Shown in pieces: positions 47,833-60,883 of a stretch of DNA of 64,000 bases. The notes under the pieces are model-generated. The model had not been told where the DNA came from, made no database searches, and was given only the letters and a program-made list of their open reading frames with translations. The stretch's first letter is position 1, and each line of letters opens with the position of its first letter. A program made the position numbers and the translations under genes. The DNA comes from Lytechinus pictus (Eukaryota), in contig NC_087263.1 of the NCBI RefSeq assembly GCF_037042905.1, forward strand, positions 8,804,001-8,868,000, read 5' to 3'.

Positions 47833-49160
47833 AAAAACTATATCGTTATTGCCCTTGTCCAATCTAAATGCAGAGCGCCAGCAAGAAGGCAGAGAGTTGG
47901 TATGACTCGGCCAGCGATCGAACCCAACTTACACAAGACCTCCCCTTCATGATAACATTGGCAAACAAACGATTACAAACTAGTACCACCGTACATCGAG
48001 TACGCGCATTGATACATACACAATTCACACCCACGCGCACACACTCACATCCACCGCGCAGAGAAAGAGAGAAGGGTAACAGAGAGAGGGTGGGAGGAGA
48101 ATGAGGGAAAGAGGCATAGATTTGGGGCGACAAAGGGGATAGATAAATGGAATTAATAATGCATGAGTGATTTTCGAAATTAATTTTACCTTTCAAACTC
48201 CAAAGAATCATTGGCGATTTTTTTTTTCTTACGACGCCAACGCCCCCCCCCCCCCCCGAGCAAGAAAAATATGAACGAATATGGAAAATTAAATATGTAT
48301 AATATTGATAATATTAATGATGAATAGTAATAATTATAATTGTAATGATAATAATAATAATATTGATGATAATAATAATAATAACGATCTTGATGAGAAA
48401 AGTAATCATAATTATAAGAAAAGTAATTACGAAATAAGAAATTAAAATGGACTACATAATATAAAAAATTGAATAGATAAGTCAATGAATAATAAAAGCA
48501 AGATAATGGTGAAAATAATAATAATGTTATGGAAGGCGCACGCAGGAAAAAAATCACTTTGATTGAGTTGGAGGACATACAGAAGGGAGTCGTTACTGGT
48601 TCAATCCGTCAAAAAATCGATCAATTTGGCGATATGATGGATGGGGCACGTTGATATGTCTGACAATGCCTCTTTGTTTCAATAAATTCATGATGGATAG
48701 GGGGAAGAAAGACGATTGGGAAAGATGATGGATTATGGATATAAGGGCGTCGATACAGGGGGTGGAGATTGTGAGAAGGGGGGCCAATGATGAGATAACG
48801 ATGAGTTGGTAGAATTGTATTGTTCCTCTTGTTTATACGGGGGGGGGTAATTCTGAAAAGTCTCATTATAACTTTCCTCATTAGTTACCCATTTAATGGA
48901 GCGCTAATGGACCTCCAAATTCGTATTCGGAAAACACTATTAGCGCTCAATTAACTCTTTTTAGGCCACTCCCCTACTGAGCCGCATTGGCCAATCAAAT
49001 GCGCCTTTTCAACGTAAAATTTTCTACCAGCACGCAGCGTCTATTCCCTAATGGCTTGCAGCGCAGCGCCCTGCTAATGTTTTTGCATCAAAGATTACAG
49101 ATTCGTTTTGTTGTTGAAGATAAATATTTTATCATTCGTTCTTTGAAATATTTATGTTTG

Positions 49161-49432
49161 GGCCAGTCTTACAAACCGTTACGATTGATCCGATCAACCT
49201 CAGCTATATGGAAATCAATCAATGTCATAATTTCTACTACAGGGTATTTGCGTAATGTCCTTTGTAAATGAAGAGAAGCACACTGAATTTTCAAGAAAAC
49301 AATGAATATATACACATACATCATAATATCTGGAAAACATTTTGAGCAAGCATGCAGTTTAGATGCTGATGTTGTTGGCTTTTTATAGTTGAGGTTGATC
49401 CGGTCGATCACAACTCTTTGTAAGACAGAGCG
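49161..49432. mobile_element. Older copy of the 23929-24198 MITE family
   Basis: Collinear similarity (GTCTTACAAA..GTTACGATTGATCCGATCAA ... AACTCTTTGTAAGAC). Confidence 0.85.
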
Positions 49433-50749
49433 CTGGTATGTACTGCGATGGATTGATCGCTTGATAACAGTCATGTTGATAACATATTTTTATCATTATT
49501 CTCATTATCACAAGTCATTTTCTAGTCATATCATGAGGGTATTCTATGACGCTATCAGTATATAAGTTAAAAACAAGTTTGAGCAGTGATGAGACACACC
49601 ATATAATTAAGGTAATTAGATTTTCATTTGTATTTTATTCAAAAAATGTATTATTCAAACTGTGGTGTATATATCATGACCAATTTTAAAGACTACTTGT
49701 TGTAAATTCGAAATATTTACTATCAGGCTACTGTTTCCCATAAAGGCACTCATTGTTGCTAGAGTAGAACTTTGTGTGACGTTTTTAAAGTTTGAATTCT
49801 AAACCGCAATGAATTAGAGTGAACTTTGAAATCCACAACGAACAACAACTAAAGTACATGTATGCTGACAGATGCACGGAAGAAAACGCACTGAAGTGTC
49901 CAAACATGTCGTAACAACAAAAATGAAAGTAAAAAGACAGTAACATAAAAAACACAGAAGAGTTAAAGTAACATCACATTGGCCGTGAAGGTAGACAATC
50001 AATAAATAGCAGTATGTCGAAATTTTTGACTCTATTTAACAAGAAAGAATTCAATTCTTAATCATGATAATCCCCCGAGTCATCAGGCTTCTTGGAGAAT
50101 GAAATTACATTTGTGCTTGAAAAGGTAATTTTCCCTCACATGAGATCGTCTTGAGCAAGAAGCCTCAGTTGATTGAACTCAATTTCGACAACATTATCAA
50201 TATATATATATATACAGGTACATATGCATCTGTTTGCCTCTTCTGTCCTTGGCAGTATTGCGGATGTTACGTCAACTGTCACACAATTCAATACCCCACA
50301 GCGGGGAATAACTGGATGAAATTCAATTAATACAAATTTAGACCCTTTTGAATATCAAAAACAAGCCCGAAGAGAGATCAATAATATCTAACTAAGGTTT
50401 TATTTCACCAACTTGGGAATCCTAGTCCATCCTCTTGGATTACGATGATAGCAAGCTGATACACCTGTATTTCTTTCCTTACCTCGGGTTTTAAGGTTCA
50501 TAACTTAATATGCCTATTAATAGGTTTGTAGGTATTATTATAAATTCCCCAATGTGCTCATTGAAACCTTGGATTTAATGCAATATTTCACACGAGTCAT
50601 TTGAGTTCGTTCATCTTGCTATTAAACAAGAAAGTTTTAAAACGAATTCGAGTAAGGTGTCTGTATTTTTATTCGTATTTTTAGGCATTGGGACATTCAA
50701 AGTAAGCAACAATGGTAATTGTCACAGTTGTAATGGTAGCATCAAGAGA

Positions 50750-51045
50750 AGTAGTAGACGTAGTAGTATTAGTAGTAGTAGTAGTAGTAGTAGTAGTAAT
50801 AGTAGTAGCAGCAGCAGCAGCAGTAGAAGCAGAAATAGCATTAGTATCGTTGTTATCATCATCATCATTATTATTATAATTATTATTATTATTAATATTG
50901 TTATTATTATCATCACTATTATTATTACTATTTTTACTATTATTACTATTATTATTGATGTTGTTGTTTTCGTGGTTGTTGCTGCTATTAATATTGGCAT
51001 CATTAGCATCAGAAGTATAATAGCAGAAGTAGTGGCAGTAGTAGT
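50750..51045. repeat. Compound trinucleotide microsatellite (TAG/CAG/ATC/ATT/GTT)
   Basis: Direct reading; explains the spurious poly-S/I/L ORFs. Confidence 0.95.
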
Positions 51046-52782
51046 CGTGCGTCCTTAAAATCTAAAGCGTTGATTAGTTGGTTTGGAGAAACAAACAAAC
51101 GATATTAACCTCCAGGAACTAAAACTGTTTCTATCATGACAATTCTTTGAATACCGTAAGCATTCTTTGATTTGAAGAAAAATGGAGGAAAGGGTCATCA
51201 ACTAGGAATTCCTTTTAAAGACACCTACGATCCCTGACCGACGTCATTGGCTTCCATTTTAATTGGATTGAATATTCACTTGCTTTCATTTAAAATTGTC
51301 GTTTTCAATTACTTTGAACCGTTATTCCTTGATCTTAAACGATTTCACATTCAGTGACCTGGCCACTTAAAATACTTGAAATTATTCGATGAATAAGCGA
51401 TTGAAGATGCAAGAACAACATCTTGTTTGTCGTTGGAGTGATGGAGACTTTTTTAGGGGAATTCGTTGTTTTAACAGAACACATAAATCGGTTCGTTAAA
51501 TTCTGTAAAAGAACCTTTTTTACTGCATATTTTTGCCACTTATCATGCTCATTATTAAACAGACCAGTGACAGTTTGATGTATTTTTACAATCTAAATGA
51601 GGGATATTTTTAATATAATCACGTTTTTCGGTTATTTTGTTTTAATTTATTGTTCATGAAATATGTAAAGATATTGAATGACGAATAGTTCCCATAATTG
51701 TATAGAACCTGTTAAATATTTTACTTCATTTTGGTATAAATTCATTTCTAAAGTTTACTCTCTCTTGCTTTTAAAATAGAAAGAACAATATTTTCTTTAG
51801 AAATGTAGGTAAGTGATGTAAAAGACTTAGGTTATGCCAATTATTTAGTGGGGGTGCATAAAATCATAATGTTAGGCACGTTGGATTTATGATATGATCA
51901 AAAGCAACCAATAAAATTTTTAATTGATCTTTATCACTTCCTTCCTAATATTTGATGTTCCGCTGATAGCATTGAGCTGAACCCCGTGATCTAATTCATG
52001 AAAATTGATGAAAATGCTAAAGTAAAAAATAATCCCAAGAATCAACAATGAAGATTATTTTATTTTGATGATATCTGAGAATTCAACCATTTGTTAAAGT
52101 TCCTTCGGTGGTCTCTAGATGATGTCGAGCAATAGCATACCAATGCCTTTGCGCTTTTTTTTATTTTTAGAAGTACGGGAAGCCATCCAAATCCCCTTTT
52201 AACGTTGTCATTAAATTTATAATGTACCATGCACAACCTGGAGGGAAAAAACTTCTTTTCTCTAAGAATACATTTAAAGCCTCATAAATCGAAGTTTTCC
52301 AGTAACATTTAAATGTGTATTTTTGACAAGGGAAGAAAACTAATCATCTTGTGAATTGAAAATTAAATATTTTCCTAGAGATTATTGCTCATGTACATGT
52401 ATAAATCGTGTTCTGAGAGTCTGGTAAACGAGCCTCGGCATCATTATCACGTACATGACACAAAATTCCGATGAGTTCGATAACAAAAATAAGCGCAGTA
52501 GAAAAACAAAGAGCCGAAAGGGGGAAATTAACATCCGGGGGTGGGGTGAATATCTCATGAGCAAAGGGGTAAGGAAATATATCTGCTTCATGCAGTTATG
52601 TGTATTATTCTTTGACGTTTTCCTGGCCCTAAACATATTCTGTATGTCAATAAGCGCCGAAATTGCTATATAGAAATTTATTGAAAAGAAAATGCTACCC
52701 CCCCCCCGAAAAAGGTCCCTCCTTTTGATTTAATGGCGACTAGACTTTTATTTTATACATGTTATTGATGCATGTATATCAA

Positions 52783-53039
52783 CAGGGGCGGATCCAGGAT
52801 TTTCCAAGGGGGAGGGAAAAATTTTCGGAGGAAAATTTTGACAAGCCAAAAAAAAAAGGTTTTCAACCACAAATTAAGGATATTTCGTACCGGAGAAAAT
52901 TTGACAAGCAAAAAAAAAGCCTTTCAAAAGAGGGCGCACACTTCTGTTTTAATGGCATTTTTACATTACAAATTTTAATGTTGCTTCTCAAAAGGGGGAC
53001 ACGGGCCGGCTGTGCCCCCCCCCCCCGGATCCGCCTGTG
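52783..53039. mobile_element. Non-autonomous hAT-like element
   Basis: CAGGGGCGGATCC / GGATCCGCCTGTG ends; exact 8-bp TSD TATATCAA (52775-52782, 53040-53047). Confidence 0.87.
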
Positions 53040-55605
53040 TATATCAACATCATGTTTACATGTATACACGTTTGAATATTATTGAAATGTGTATCGATTG
53101 CCATATCGATAATCATCCTTTGGAAAACAATAAACAGGAAGGTCAATTTTTATTTAATTTTCATAATTAATGTCTATTAATCTTTTTCCTTCGTTTTTTT
53201 CCATGTATTTAAATATTATTCTATCATAATTTTTGCAGGTGCGGAGCATTACCTGCAGAAACAAACCTGTCTCACAGGGGAGCTAACCTTGATTATAACT
53301 GCTGACTTCAAACGGTAAGAGGGGCAAATCACAGACCAAGGTCCTTAAGAAAAATAAAAACAAAAAAAACTCTCTGAAGTGCTTCTCTCACGCATATCGC
53401 ATTCACCCATCCTTCTAAACGCAACATTTGAAGCATTCTGAAGATCTTCCGGCATACATACTACAGTCTTCTCGAATGTTTTTTCGGAAATATACGGAAG
53501 AAAGACAGAAAGAGGGACAAACGAGAGAGAGGGGGAGAGAGAGTCAAAAGAGAAGGGGGTATAGAGGGAGTCAACGTTTGAATTTATCGTTGGAGGGAAT
53601 GGTGTTGGTGGCCGGAACATGTTGGAAATTGCATTGTTTCTTTACGTTATTCATATCATGTGTAGCGTGTTTATGCTATTAAAGTAAGACTTTAATTACT
53701 TATTATTTGACTTCAAAAATTGATTAAGGATTGTTTTGAGGTGGGCACTGAGCATGAGAGACGAATGTAGTGTTGTTGTTTTTTGTTTGTAGCAGTAAAC
53801 ATACGTAACATGGTTGGGCAGGGAATGTAATAACCAATATTGGTAGAACAAAGCAGAATTTCTGTTAAAAGATATCGTTTATCATTTCCAGTGAAACAAA
53901 CAAAAAATATCAACTAAAATCATGATGGCCAGAGTGAAATACCTATTTTAATGTTTAATATTGTATAAAAATTAGGAAACCCTACCAACATTTCACATTC
54001 GTAAGTGGAAATTGAACGACAAAGTGTACTTGTTGAAACAGATCGATATAGAAGAAAACGTAAACTATACTTCAACTATTCTTTGCCCCCCTCACAGCTC
54101 ACCATACTCACTTTTACCATCCCCTTTTGTTGCTTACACGGTTTCCCTCTGTATTATATCATTTCTTCCTCATCATATCCATCTCCACGGCTCTCAAGCT
54201 GTCTGCAATCGATAATAATGACATTATCAAGGGACACTCGAATGACCCAAGGCATGAGTCAAGTTTCGTATCCGGGATCATCCGGGAGGGGATAGCTTGC
54301 ATTCTTTTGCTTTCCTACTTTCCTCCCCTCTTCACTTTTCAATTCAGTCTTTGAAATTTGAATCAACCTTTCTCTTACCTGTCTGTGGACAAATGTATTA
54401 AATACAAAATATTAGGGCCTGCGTAGAGATAAACCATTTTGATTTCCAAGTTAGATAATTAATGAAAACTCTTATTTTCTGAGAAAAAAAAACGATTGTT
54501 AAAAATGTTTTTGAAAATAAAATGGAATGGACGGTATTATCATTCAAGCTGATCCATTCATAAATTCACGTTGCCTCTCATTCTTAAATCGTTCGTATTT
54601 AATTTTATGGTTTTACAAATAGATTTATATATATTTAATTAAATTTTCATTTTCTTTAATTTCTTCCATTTTATCTTATTAATGCATTTATTCATTCAAA
54701 TACAAATCATACATACAAATGGGTGAACGGCTAAAAGGATTTTTAGTCGTTTATAAAATATTCAAGCCTAAATCTGTTGTGGAAGATATTAAGAATGGCT
54801 ATGTTACACACGCGCACTATCGACGAATAACAACTAAACCCTCATCGGCCCCGTACTTGTGTATGATTATTTCCCGACAAGTACCACTTGTCGACCTCTA
54901 GAGGGTCGTTATATCCGGGAAACAGGGAATTTCATGTTAAAACAGTTTTGTTATCTACTGCAGATGTTGACATAGTTTGTGCATCAATTCAAGCGGTTTG
55001 GGTTGCTTAATGCTTTAATTACTACAACTATCAAACGCATCGAATTGCTTAATATACCAGTATGATTCTCAGGCTCAATGTGGCCTTTACCTCAAAAGTA
55101 GAGTGGGTTTCGGGAAATTGTAGCAGGGTTATCTTCTTTAGATATCAACCTAGTGACTTAATATGCGATCCATGATAGCGATATCATACCAGGCAATTGA
55201 GACCGTCTGCTCGTTAAGAATGACATTTCAAATGAAAATTATACTGCAAAACCGAATTTAGCCTACCACACAAACATCTGGCATGATTGGACGATGTTCA
55301 TCTACTGAAGACGTGAACAAAGCGCGTGTAGCAGTAAAAGCGTTTCGGAGTGGTAGTTACCGAAATCCCATTTATTCTACAGTAACGCAGATATTCACCT
55401 CTATATTTGTCCTTCTTATACTGAAGAAACATCTGGTTGTCTTTGGTGAAAAGAGAAAAAAGAAACAATTCCCAAACAACAGTATTTCATGCCTTATCTT
55501 CGTAAGATGTGAATATGGCGTCCTAAACAATTTACACACAACTGAATTGACATGAGAATGACAAGCCAATAAAAAATGACAGATTCGTTTGATAGCTAAC
55601 CCATG

Positions 55606-55807
55606 GGTGCCACGACATTTGCTCCGGCGACAATTGCTCCGCTGCAAATCCCATCCATTCCAATGGAATACCCAACTTCAACCCTCGAGTTAACAAAATA
55701 CCCTGTCCTAAACCTAATATAAACCCCTATTGCATCCCTAACCCTATTCCTATCCTAGATGAAATAACACCTGGAGCAATTGTCGCCGGAGAATGTGTCG
55801 TGTCACC
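55606..55807. mobile_element. MITE with CCCTAA-like interior (uninterrupted copy)
   Basis: GGTGCCACGACATTTGCTCCGGCGACAATTGCTCC / GGAGCAATTGTCGCCGGAG...TGTCGTGTCACC. Confidence 0.8.
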
Positions 55808-56694
55808 GCCTCATGAGACTGAAAAGAATCTTTAGGAGATTCGAAAATAATTGACATAACTTACATGGACCCCTATTTTGTTTCAATTTTACCTGCATAA
55901 TAATCTGTACACCATAATTGCTTGTATATACATCAATGTGTAATTTATTTTCCTTCGTTTATTTATTCACGAAAGAACAGTCACGCACTTTCCTTCAAAA
56001 TATCACTAATCATAGCTCGTTCAATAAACTCAGTTATTAAAAAAAATGATAAAATACAGCGCTCTGGGCAGGAGCATGCACACACGATATAAAAAGATAA
56101 TTATTTTTGGCAATGCAATATAAACATCTAAACGCATTGGAGTTCTTGATAAATCTCAGTTATATCAGAAACTTGGATACGATATTGCCTTAAAGCAGGG
56201 TAAATGCAACTTATTATTCTGGTGCAAGATAGCAGTGACTTTTCTTCGCATATTGCTTATAGCAACTTCTTAAAATACATTATTTTATTTCTAGCACAGT
56301 AATGAAGTCACCGATAACGTGGCAAAAATACGCCCCTGGAAAACAGATCCATCACGCAAAAAGTGATAAAATCGGCTCAAAATCCCCCAAGAATAAATCA
56401 ATTCAGCCGGGTCTTGTTCAATCTCTATAAATGTCTTGAGATAAGATGCGTGCACAGGTGTCCCCACTATTTCGAAAGCTAAGTATGCATTCTAGTTTCT
56501 GGGCAGGAGAATAGGAGTAAATCCTCGCCCTTGGACACGCTAGAGCTTCCTCCCGTTGCTAGGCGACTAAACTGTTTAAACGTTTTAGAGCTTTCTCTTT
56601 GGGATCGTTCTGTAGCACCCGAGGGAGGTGCACCTGTTTATTTAAAAAAGCATTAAAATTAAGAAAAAAATGAGGAACATACGTGTTTATTAAA

Positions 56695-57234
56695 CTCCTC
56701 AAAAAAAAGTTTGGAAATCTGACTTTGATCGATAATCCCTCCTCGGTTTTAGTAAATATTAAAGTGTAATTGATTGCAATAAATAGATAATTTAATTTTT
56801 CTTTAAAATGATACCCTACATGATATGATTATGGTTAACATGAAGGTACAGTGCCTTGAAATGTGGGGCAAGGTTAAAATTCAAAAGTTGCAAAATGACG
56901 CAATATTGAAAGTAACTGTTTTTTTCCGTGGTGATGAGTGTGTTTCTCAGCAGTTTCTTTTGTTTTCATGCACCTTAACATCAACATTAGCATGGAGATC
57001 TGTGAAATAACATGGTTTGAAATACCCATGCATGTTTGTTTGTTATGTGTTTGCTTGTGCAGAGGTGTGTTTGATTCCACGTTAATGTTGATGTTAAGGT
57101 GCATCAACCATAATCATCTCATGTAGGGTACCGTTTTAAAGAGAATTAAATGATCTTTTGAATGATATCAAATATGCACTGTGTAAAATTGGGAGTTGGG
57201 AGAAATTAATGGCGAAACTCAGATTTCCAAACTT
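56695..57234. mobile_element. Long-palindromic Tc1-like MITE
   Basis: AAGTTTGGAAATCTGA / TCAGATTTCCAAACTT plus nested inverted pairs TACCCTACATGA/TCATGTAGGGTA and TTAACATCAACATTA/TAATGTTGATGTTAA. Confidence 0.75.
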
Positions 57235-58419
57235 ATATATATATATATATAACATATTGGTAATTCAGGTAATGGGCAGAAGCTCACTTTCACACATATA
57301 AAACAATAACACAATTGGCATATCCTAGCGCAAGAGAGTTCAGCCACCGCTACCGGAATTGATTAAGCCATCTTCCATGTCCTCAATTTCATTGATTATT
57401 CCTAGAGTTCTTTGACAGGACGAAGGGTCCCATTGCTCTCACACATTGAACATGTAGGTCCCATTTCCCACCGTTACCTGACAGGACCTAAATGCACAAG
57501 CTCTTCCACTCGATGGGCTAAATTCTATTACATGCCCCCACCCTCTTATCATACGCTCTCGATCCATTTTTTTTTCTGTTCTCCATCCCACTAACCATAT
57601 CCTTACTCAATTTTTCTGACTGTACTCTGTATTTTGCACATTAAAAACGCCGTTTGAAATGTTTTACAACGTTGTTTACCATACACTGTAAAAATGAAGT
57701 GCTATTTTAGCACTTTAAAGTATACATCCAAAGAAAATTCACGAAAGTGATGATTATAGACAAATTATATATGAATGGAAAGGTCTTGTCTTTTTATACA
57801 CAAATATGTCACTAAAAAGTCTTATTGATGTCGTGGAAATGCAAGAAATGAAATTATTAGAGACCATTCTAAGCCCCCCCAGCCGCCCCCAGACCGACAG
57901 TTCACGCAGTGAAAACAGTCGAGAATAATGACGTCACACAATCATCGAGCTCATCATCTCTCTGTGCATAATACACTGAATCACCTTACTGACCTCTTCA
58001 ATATCTTCCGAATTTACCGTTTTCTTCATGTAATGTGACATCCGAATTCTGTTTTCGACAACTTCAGACTATAAGGGAACCAGAACTGTGTTATTTTGCC
58101 CGTTTTTTTTTATTGAATTGTGAACTGGAAAGATCGATTTTGTCCACTCGACAGTCTTCGTTGTGTTGCTCTACTAACTATTGAAAAACTCCAAGCTGCA
58201 CGGTCCCATTCACTTGCTCCCGATGCATGTTGCAGGCTACGCTGTTTGATCCAGTCAAAAGTCAAGGTAAGCATGTTTGGAAACTGTACTTGTTCTGACA
58301 ATGCATTCAGGTCAGATGACAGATACAGATCTGATATAAGTTTAGAATCATGCATTTTGGCATAACTACTATTAAAATTTAAAAGTTTTTATTTTAGAAA
58401 TAATGTTTTTGCACAATTC

Positions 58420-58957
58420 CACCCAAGGATTCATTACATGCCGCCACGCACAGAAAAATCAAGCCATAGAAGTCGTGTGTTGTGGACCCAAGAAGTGAGA
58501 TCCCAGACGCCTCCAGGCTAAGCACGCGCGACCCACTAGTTAGAAATCCACTGCCAAACGCGGTTCGTGGTGCGAGGTTAGTATACTTAATACGTGTGAG
58601 TGGCACAATTCCAGCAGATTTCTAAAACTGGTCAGGACTCAGGCAGGCGATTAAATTATTTAGGAGCACTGAGTGGTATGGACCATGGCTGAAAATCTGC
58701 TGTTTCAGAGGAATGTTTAAGTTTTTATTATACACAGAATTATATCACCATGATGCCGATGTCATGAAACCAGACAAATTTTCAGCAGTGATATTACCCT
58801 GATTCCTGGCCAAATTCACTCACACGTATTGCGAGGTTAGTATTAGTATACTACTAGTACGTATTGCGAGGTTAGTATTAGTATACTAACCACGAACCGC
58901 GTTTGGCAGTGGATTTCTAACTAGTGGGTCGCGCGTGCTGGGATCTCACTTCTTGGG

Positions 58958-59038
<81 letters not shown>

Positions 59039-59291
59039 TTATTTGTCAGGTAATTAACAAGTACAAGGAAATTATAAACAGAAATGTATACCTTGACAGG
59101 ATTACCCATGAAAGCCGAGATGGCTTATTTCCAATGGGGTCCTTACATCAGTAATTGAAGACAATGTACATCTATGAAAAAACACCTATAGAAATCTACA
59201 AACTACATCAATTAAGTCTAGACCACTAAATTCCACGACTTCTATGGCTTGAATTTTCTGTGCGCGGCGGCATGTAATGAACCCTTGGGTG
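58420..59291. mobile_element. Element with ~185-bp TIRs starting CACCCAAGG
   Basis: 58420-~58605 is mirrored by ~58815-58958 plus 59233-59291; TSD not evident. Confidence 0.82.
58959..59232 (-). mobile_element. 5'-truncated LINE (or SINE) 3' end with (AATC)n tail
   Basis: Minus strand AGGACCCCATTGGAAATAAG...CATGGGTAATCCTG then AAATAAA(ATCA)n; cleanly interrupts the host TIR. Confidence 0.78.
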
Positions 59292-59415
59292 GGCCAAAAT
59301 TAGAGTCTGGTGTTTCTTTCTGATTAGAGTGTTGCTGCATATATGTATGCGTAATGCCTTCAACAATGAAGATAAATGCAATCTTTGTAATGACACAGAG
59401 ACTCAGAGAGCACCG

Positions 59416-59572
59416 TACCTCAAGTGATGTTCGTGTAGTCTCCACTTCACTACTGGAGTACTGCTACAGCCTACACTACGCTACACACCTACCCGGGTAG
59501 GTGTGGCGTACATGTACGGTAGTGTAGCGGTAGTGAAGTGGAGTGGGGCCTACACAAACATCACTTGAGGTA
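59416..59572. mobile_element. 157-bp fold-back MITE
   Basis: TACCTCAAGTGATGTT / AACATCACTTGAGGTA ends, central palindrome ACACCTACCCGGGTAGGTGT, flanked by GAGCACCG / GAGCACCA (7/8 TSD). Confidence 0.8.
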
Positions 59573-60547
59573 GAGCACCAGTGTTCTGAGTGGAACTTTT
59601 CAGGTGTCTAAACCTACTATCATTTGTTGTTGACCGGGAATTACATGCCACCGCACGTCATCAATCATCACGGTAATTAAATTCATACTTTGATTTGATT
59701 ATTTAAACTATTTCTTTTTTTCTCTCTTCTACACACAGATCTGCACACTTGCTGACTCTGGTGACTTCTGGTCTCTGCTTGCTACCTCAATCTGGGAGAT
59801 TCCATCATGTTCTTTTACTATGATTGGGGTATAGCCATTTTTTTCTTCACTCTTTCCAGGACCTACGGTTTGCAAGTTGTGGACTGATAATGATACAAAA
59901 GAAATTTTTTCTTTATCAATCTTGGAAACAACTTTGAGCACAGTTTTGGAGAGAACTAAGAAATTTGACTTGGACAGGAATACAGCTTGTCAAAAATAAT
60001 AACACACAATTTAAACGAAAGAACAATTTTAATGTTACTAGGGCATTTTGCGAGAAATGTTTTACTCAATCACACGTCCCAAATCAAGGGTAAGTCCTTT
60101 GATTAAACATGTAGTTGAATTGCGATTGCAACTCGACCTTATTACGCTTGAATTTGAATTTAAGACTTACGCTTGATTTGCAATTGAACATAAGTTTCTT
60201 GCAGTGCCCCATAATTATGTTTTGTTATCAGATATTTAACGTGCTGATTTTTCTCGAAAGGTATAATATATTTGTCCTTTTAAACGGTATTTGAATATGG
60301 GTACGCCTTTTATTTGTTTTCCACAATATTTATTGCATGTATGAACAGAAGTGAAATATTTATTGTGAAGCACTGTGAATGTTGTGTGATGGTTCATCAT
60401 TTTTGTTATAAGACTGAAAGCCTGGTGGATGTGAGGAAGTGGCCTGGATGAAAGAAAAGTGAACATGTGTCCAATTACTGATTTGAATATTCTAAGACAA
60501 TTTTGTTTCTGGATAAATTTTGCTATGCATTCCCTACATTAAGAGTA

Positions 60548-60883
60548 AGGGAGAAGTCCACGCAATCAAAAATTCATTTGAATTTAAAGAAAAATAACAA
60601 GATATTGCAGGAAATTTCATAAAAACTTTGATTCAAATTTATATAATTACTATTTTAACAGTTCCGTAAATATAACCTATTGTGATCAGATGAAGAGTTT
60701 CCTATCGTCAAATCTGCAAAGAATAAAAAACAAAATGCCACAAAAAAATAGAAACGAATGTGATGTGAGTGACAACTCTAATTTGCATATCATTGTTTTG
60801 TGTATATGACTGTTTTGAGTAAAAACAACAAGGGAAATTACTCTATTCAAATAATTTTTAGTTGATGTGGACTTGACTTTTAA
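60548..60883. mobile_element. Diverged Kolobok-like MITE relic
   Basis: AAGGGAGAAGTCCAC / GTGGACTTGACTTTTAA ends resembling the 27343 and 62007 family. Confidence 0.55.

Noticed and set aside
50657-51058. ORFs with poly-Ser/Ile/Leu that look like membrane proteins
   Set aside because: Translations of trinucleotide microsatellites; the same applies to 48186-48578
58110-59941. Transposase or KolX coding remnants inside the Kolobok-like element
   Set aside because: Short ORFs at 58110-58355 and 59729-59941 show no THAP, DDE or Cys-rich motif I can recognise
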